Part shown: one piece after another, positions 59,769 through 64,000 of the stretch
Layout: each line of letters begins with the position of its first letter
Position numbering within the stretch: the stretch's first letter is position 1
Source of the DNA: Clostridia bacterium
GTDB taxonomy: Bacteria; Bacillota; Clostridia; DSM-8532; SZUA-474
Direction of reading: 5' to 3'
Length of the DNA: 64,000 nucleotides
Assembly (NCBI GenBank): GCA_003251775.1
Contig: QKEK01000156.1
Span: forward strand, 24,855 to 88,854
The notes under the pieces: generated by a model
What the model was told of the DNA's origin: nothing
Databases searched by the model: none
What the model saw: only the letters and a program-made list of their open reading frames with translations
Made by a program: the position numbers and the translations under genes

Positions 59769-60431
59769 ATGAAATCTATTAAAAGAACATTTGTTTTAGT
59801 TGCAAGTGTATTACTTGTAATTATGGCTTCTTCATGTGCTTCATCAGCATTTTCTGAAAAATCAAGCATTATGAACAATGAAATGACTACATTCCAAAAT
59901 GTAAATCTTGATTCAACTATTAAGTTAGAAGAATTAAAACGTCTAGGACAAATAACAGCACAAAGAACAATTACTTATACATTACAACCAAATGGAGATT
60001 ATGTAATGGAAATGGGTGATTTTAAGTATAGTTATACTGCTTTATCAACAAAAGTTGATATTGAAGGTGTAAGAGTTATTGGTAATCTAAAATCTGCATC
60101 TGTTGCTGGTCCTGCTGCTATTGGTGGCGGAAGCATGGATTTATTCAGCATGTTATTACCTTCAGGTCCAGCTGCAGCACCGGAAGCTCCTTCTGTAGCA
60201 ACAATTGGTCCAAAATCAGTAGCATTAGATGCTGTAAACTTTGATTTAATGAAAGCTGCAGCTGCTAAAGGTGGTGTTGCATTATTAATGCCTGAGTATT
60301 CATGGGAAATTGAAGAAGATCAAACAGGAACAAAAACTGATGGTTTCTTAATTCTACCTCCAACAAAAACATACTCTACAAAAGTTTTAAAATATACTGT
60401 AACTGCTAGAGCAACTGCGGTAGCTTTTTAA
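59769..60431 (+). CDS. Hypothetical lipoprotein with an Ala/Pro/Gly-rich central segment
   Basis: The signal peptide has the lipobox VIMASSC. No recognisable family. Confidence 0.5.
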   Translation: MKSIKRTFVLVASVLLVIMASSCASSAFSEKSSIMNNEMTTFQNVNLDSTIKLEELKRLGQITAQRTITYTLQPNGDYVMEMGDFKYSYTALSTKVDIEGVRVIGNLKSASVAGPAAIGGGSMDLFSMLLPSGPAAAPEAPSVATIGPKSVALDAVNFDLMKAAAAKGGVALLMPEYSWEIEEDQTGTKTDGFLILPPTKTYSTKVLKYTVTARATAVAF

Positions 60432-60455
60432 TATAAAACTATTTTAGATTGATTC

Positions 60456-60493
60456 GGTTGCTGTAATAATTTAATATTACAGCAACCTTTTTT
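60456..60493 (+). terminator. Strong rho-independent terminator
   Basis: A 13-bp perfect stem GGTTGCTGTAATA/TATTACAGCAACC with a 6-nt loop is followed by T6. Confidence 0.8.
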
Positions 60494-60524
60494 ATTTATA
60501 AGCATTCAAGGAGAAATAAACTAT

Positions 60525-61613
60525 ATGAAGCAAGTAATATCTTTAACTCTATTAATGATAATTTTTTCATCATGTGTTTCACCTCCTTCAGACAATGTGG
60601 AAATTGATTGGCCAAATCTCTCTCTTTTTGAATGGGAAAAAATGAATCCGGAAGGATTAATGACAATTCTTAACTATGGTTTAGATGTAAATCAGTCAAA
60701 TTCATCAGGAATTACCGGATTAATGTTTGCATCCCAGCTAAATACGAATCTTGAACTTTTTGAACTGTTTCTTGATAAAGGTGCAGATATTAATGCACAA
60801 AGTTTAACTGGAGAAACCCCGGTAATGTTTGCAGCAACTTTTAATAATAACTTTGAAGTTACCAGATTTTTTATTGAAAATGGTGCAAATCTTACTTTAT
60901 TAAACGATTATGGACTATCCCCTTTAAGTGCAGCCATGAACTATGGGCATAGCATAGAGACAATTCTTTTATTAATTAGAGAGGAAGGTAGATCCCCTAC
61001 TCCTGGCAGCAATTCCAATAGATTGATTAATGGAATTCTTAATCACAAGAAAAATAGTGAAATTATAAGTCTTGTTGAAAGTGGTTGGGATATTAATGAG
61101 AGAGATAATCAGGGTAGAAGTCCTCTAATTGCTGCAGCCCGGGAGTCCGGGGATATAGAAATTATAGAGTTACTTTTATTAAATGGGGCAGATATTGAGG
61201 CTCTGGATTCTAAAAGATGGAGCCCAGGAGTAACAGCAGCAGTTTATAATAGCAATCCTGAAATTTTAAAATACTTAATTAATAATGGAGTTAATCTAAA
61301 TCTTTCCCATGAAGAGGAGTATACCGCTCTTATGTTTGCTGCAGGGAATAACAGTAGTAAAGAGGTACTAAAACTTTTACTGGATAGTGGGCAGGATATT
61401 AATGCTAAGACAAAATCCGGGTATACTCCGCTAATGTGTGCTGCTTTTAATAGTAAAAGTAGTGAAATTATTGAGTTTTTACTGTTAAATGGTGCAGATC
61501 CTTCAATGAAGAATAGTAATGGAGAGAGAGCATGGGATATTATTCAGAAAAACAAATTTCTTAAAAGCAGTAAGGGGTATTGGACTTTAAACGATAAAAC
61601 CCATAGAAGATAA
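60525..61613 (+). CDS. Ankyrin-repeat lipoprotein (about 8 ANK repeats)
   Basis: The lipobox is MIIFSSC. ANK consensus repeats recur (G.TPLM.AA..N..E....LL..GADIN). Confidence 0.85.
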   Translation: MKQVISLTLLMIIFSSCVSPPSDNVEIDWPNLSLFEWEKMNPEGLMTILNYGLDVNQSNSSGITGLMFASQLNTNLELFELFLDKGADINAQSLTGETPVMFAATFNNNFEVTRFFIENGANLTLLNDYGLSPLSAAMNYGHSIETILLLIREEGRSPTPGSNSNRLINGILNHKKNSEIISLVESGWDINERDNQGRSPLIAAARESGDIEIIELLLLNGADIEALDSKRWSPGVTAAVYNSNPEILKYLINNGVNLNLSHEEEYTALMFAAGNNSSKEVLKLLLDSGQDINAKTKSGYTPLMCAAFNSKSSEIIEFLLLNGADPSMKNSNGERAWDIIQKNKFLKSSKGYWTLNDKTHRR

Positions 61614-61633
61614 TATAAACTGGAGTTGATGAT

Positions 61634-64000
61634 ATGAAGAGAGAAGATTTAGTAGGTTTAATGAATAGAAGAATTCTTGTTCTAGATGGTGCAATGGGAA
61701 CAATGATTCAGAGAGCTTGTCTTAATGAGAATGATTTTAGAGGTGAACGGTTTAAAGATCATTCAAAACCATTAACTGGAGATAATGATCTTCTTTCAAT
61801 AACAAAACCGGATTTAATTCAGAAAATACATTCAGATTTTCTTGAAGCCGGTGCAGATATTATTTCTACAAACTCTTTCAACTCTACCTCTGTTTCCCAG
61901 GAGGATTATGGGTTACAGGAGTTAGTCTACGAACTTAACTATGAGAGTGCTAAAATTGCCAAAGAGGTCGCACTTAAATTTTCAACAGATATTAAACCAA
62001 GGTTTGTTGCTGGATCCATTGGGCCTACCAGTAGAACTCTATCATTAAGTCCAGATGTTAATAATCCGGGGTTCAGAAATATTGATTTTGACACTTTAAT
62101 GAATGACTACTATATTGCTGTTAGTGGGTTAATTGAAGGTGGTGCAGATATTCTCTTAATTGAGACAATATTTGATACCCTAAACGCCAAAGCTGCAATT
62201 TATGCAATAACAAAGTATACAGATGAGCATAATCTTGATATTCCTGTTATGGTTTCCGGAACAATAACAGATGCCAGTGGAAGAACCCTGTCAGGCCAGA
62301 CTGCAACAGCTTTCTACTACTCAATATCCCATATAAACCCAGTCTCTGTTGGTTTTAACTGTGCACTTGGTGCCCAGGATCTAAAACCACATCTTGAGGA
62401 TATAAGCAACATAGCATGGTGTGGTGTGTCGTCCCATCCCAATGCTGGACTACCAAATGAATTTGGTGAGTATGATCAAACTCCTGATTATATGGCAAGT
62501 ATAATAAGGGAATTTGCAAAAGACGGACTTTTAAATATTGTTGGTGGATGTTGCGGAACAACTCCGGAGCATATTAAGAAAATAGCTTTGGCTGTAGAAG
62601 ATATTAAACCTAGAGACTTTAAAGTAAATCCCCACAATAGTTTCTTCTCAGGACTTGAACCTTTAGTAATCAGAGAAAACTCCCTGTTTCTAAATGTTGG
62701 AGAGAGGAATAATGTTACTGGATCCAGAAAATTTGCACGATTGATAAGAGAGAAAAAGTATGAGGAAGCACTGGAAATATCCAGAATTCAGGTGGCAAAT
62801 GGTGCAGATATTATTGATATAAATCTGGATGAAGCCATGCTGGACTCTGTTTCAGAGATGAAGACATTTCTTAATCTTATTGCATCAGAACCGGAAATTT
62901 GCAGAGTTCCTTTAATGATAGACTCTTCTAAGTGGGAAGTTATTGAACAGGGTCTTAAATGTGTTCAGGGTAAAGCAATTGTAAACTCTATAAGTTTAAA
63001 AGAGGGTGAAGAAAAATTCCTTGATTATGCAAAAAAGATACGAAGTTATGGTGCAGCAACAGTAGTTATGGCATTTGATGAAGTTGGTCAAGCTGATAGT
63101 GCAAAAAGAAAAATTGAAATATGTAAAAGAAGTTATGACCTGCTGATAAACAGAGTGAATTTTCCACCGGAAGATATAATTTTTGATCCAAATATTTTGG
63201 CAATAGCAACAGGTATTGAAGAGCATAATAATTACGCAGTAGATTTTATTAATGCTCTTGGAGAAATCAAAAAAACTCTACCTTATGCAAGAATTAGTGG
63301 TGGAGTGAGTAATGTATCCTTCTCTTTCAGAGGAAATGATCCTGTTCGTGAAGCAATTCATACAGTATTTTTATACCATGCAATAAAAAATGGAATGGAT
63401 ATGGGAATTGTAAATGCCGGGCAACTAGGTGTATATGATGAAATTCCCAAAGAACTGCTTGAATTGATTGAGGACGTTGTTTTAAATCGAAGATCAGATG
63501 CAACTGACAGGTTAATTGAAGCTGCTTCAACATTTCAGTCATCCGGTAAAACAGTAACTGAAGATCTTGGCTGGAGAGATGCAAATCCTGAGGAGAGAGT
63601 TGCTCATTCCCTTGTAAAAGGTATAAGTTCCTTCTTAAATGAAGATATTGAGGAGTTAAGGCTAAAATACTCCAAAGCAATTGAAGTAATTGAGGGCCCA
63701 TTAATGGCGGGAATGGATAGAGTAGGGGATCTATTTGGTTCCGGAAAGATGTTTCTGCCCCAGGTTGTAAAAAGTGCAAGGGTTATGAAACAGGCTGTTT
63801 CAATTCTAATGCCATATATTCAGTCAGAAAAATCCGGAGCATCAACATCTAAAGGAAAAATGGTTATTGCCACAGTTAAAGGCGATGTTCATGATATTGG
63901 CAAAAATATAGTTTCAGTAGTTCTGCAGTGCAATAATTATGAGGTTATTGATCTTGGAGTGATGGTTCCATGTGAGAGAATTTTGGAAGTTGCAAGAAAA
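61634..64000 (+). CDS. metH: Cobalamin-dependent methionine synthase, N-terminal 789 codons (3' end outside window)
   Basis: This ORF is not in the track because it has no stop within the window. It starts at the ATG at 61634 after a GGAG RBS. Recognisable blocks are [26 protein letters not shown], the Zn-site GFNCALG and [11 protein letters not shown], a pterin-binding domain, and the B12 motif GDVHDIGKN near 63890. Confidence 0.95.
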   Translation, partial: MKREDLVGLMNRRILVLDGAMGTMIQRACLNENDFRGERFKDHSKPLTGDNDLLSITKPDLIQKIHSDFLEAGADIISTNSFNSTSVSQEDYGLQELVYELNYESAKIAKEVALKFSTDIKPRFVAGSIGPTSRTLSLSPDVNNPGFRNIDFDTLMNDYYIAVSGLIEGGADILLIETIFDTLNAKAAIYAITKYTDEHNLDIPVMVSGTITDASGRTLSGQTATAFYYSISHINPVSVGFNCALGAQDLKPHLEDISNIAWCGVSSHPNAGLPNEFGEYDQTPDYMASIIREFAKDGLLNIVGGCCGTTPEHIKKIALAVEDIKPRDFKVNPHNSFFSGLEPLVIRENSLFLNVGERNNVTGSRKFARLIREKKYEEALEISRIQVANGADIIDINLDEAMLDSVSEMKTFLNLIASEPEICRVPLMIDSSKWEVIEQGLKCVQGKAIVNSISLKEGEEKFLDYAKKIRSYGAATVVMAFDEVGQADSAKRKIEICKRSYDLLINRVNFPPEDIIFDPNILAIATGIEEHNNYAVDFINALGEIKKTLPYARISGGVSNVSFSFRGNDPVREAIHTVFLYHAIKNGMDMGIVNAGQLGVYDEIPKELLELIEDVVLNRRSDATDRLIEAASTFQSSGKTVTEDLGWRDANPEERVAHSLVKGISSFLNEDIEELRLKYSKAIEVIEGPLMAGMDRVGDLFGSGKMFLPQVVKSARVMKQAVSILMPYIQSEKSGASTSKGKMVIATVKGDVHDIGKNIVSVVLQCNNYEVIDLGVMVPCERILEVARK

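Noticed and set aside
62355-63779. Three minus-strand ORFs (68, 76 and 150 aa) listed in the track
   Set aside because: They lie antisense inside a continuous plus-strand frame with unmistakable MetH motifs. That frame is absent from the track only because it has no stop within the window. The antisense ORFs are Gln/Leu/His-rich shadow frames.

Overview
The window is a low-GC (roughly 33-36% by eye), gene-dense chromosomal segment from a motile, saccharolytic, probably diderm bacterium. Many lipoproteins carry loose FSC/SSC/TGC lipoboxes, some OMP-like proteins end in an aromatic residue, and MCP and GGDEF genes are abundant. This is reminiscent of a free-living spirochaete, but that cannot be proven from the sequence alone. 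I saw no rRNA, tRNA, CRISPR array, transposase or integrase. Content from left to right: (1) a c-di-GMP/nitrogen block with two diguanylate cyclase-cysteine peptidase gene pairs flanking a sigma54-driven amtB-glnK operon. (2) A translationally coupled three-gene radical-SAM operon on the minus strand (rSAM/SPASM, then a B12-domain rSAM resembling RiPP C-methyltransferases, then a SAM methyltransferase). A Fic gene sits upstream of it, and a strongly expressed 68-aa Nif11-like peptide gene lies 1.5 kb away. This is my best candidate for an undescribed RiPP-like system. (3) A SiaABCD-like phosphatase/kinase/partner-switch/cyclase module with a 7TMR-DISM sensor. (4) Several sugar-utilisation loci: ROK regulator, GH lipoprotein, CUT1 ABC transporter and GH1 beta-glucosidase; a ytfQRT-yjfF-like ABC transporter with an extra binding protein and a YesMN-like two-component system; AraC plus lacZ. 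(5) Two chemoreceptors, one of them a soluble MCP with a C-terminal periplasmic-binding-protein-type domain. (6) Housekeeping genes (prs, mntP, uraA-like, dgt-like, 5' part of metH). (7) A decaying or duplicated OmpR-type two-component locus that includes a frameshifted histidine kinase. All calls rest on motif recognition in the supplied translations and on my own reading of the intergenic DNA. No database search was possible.
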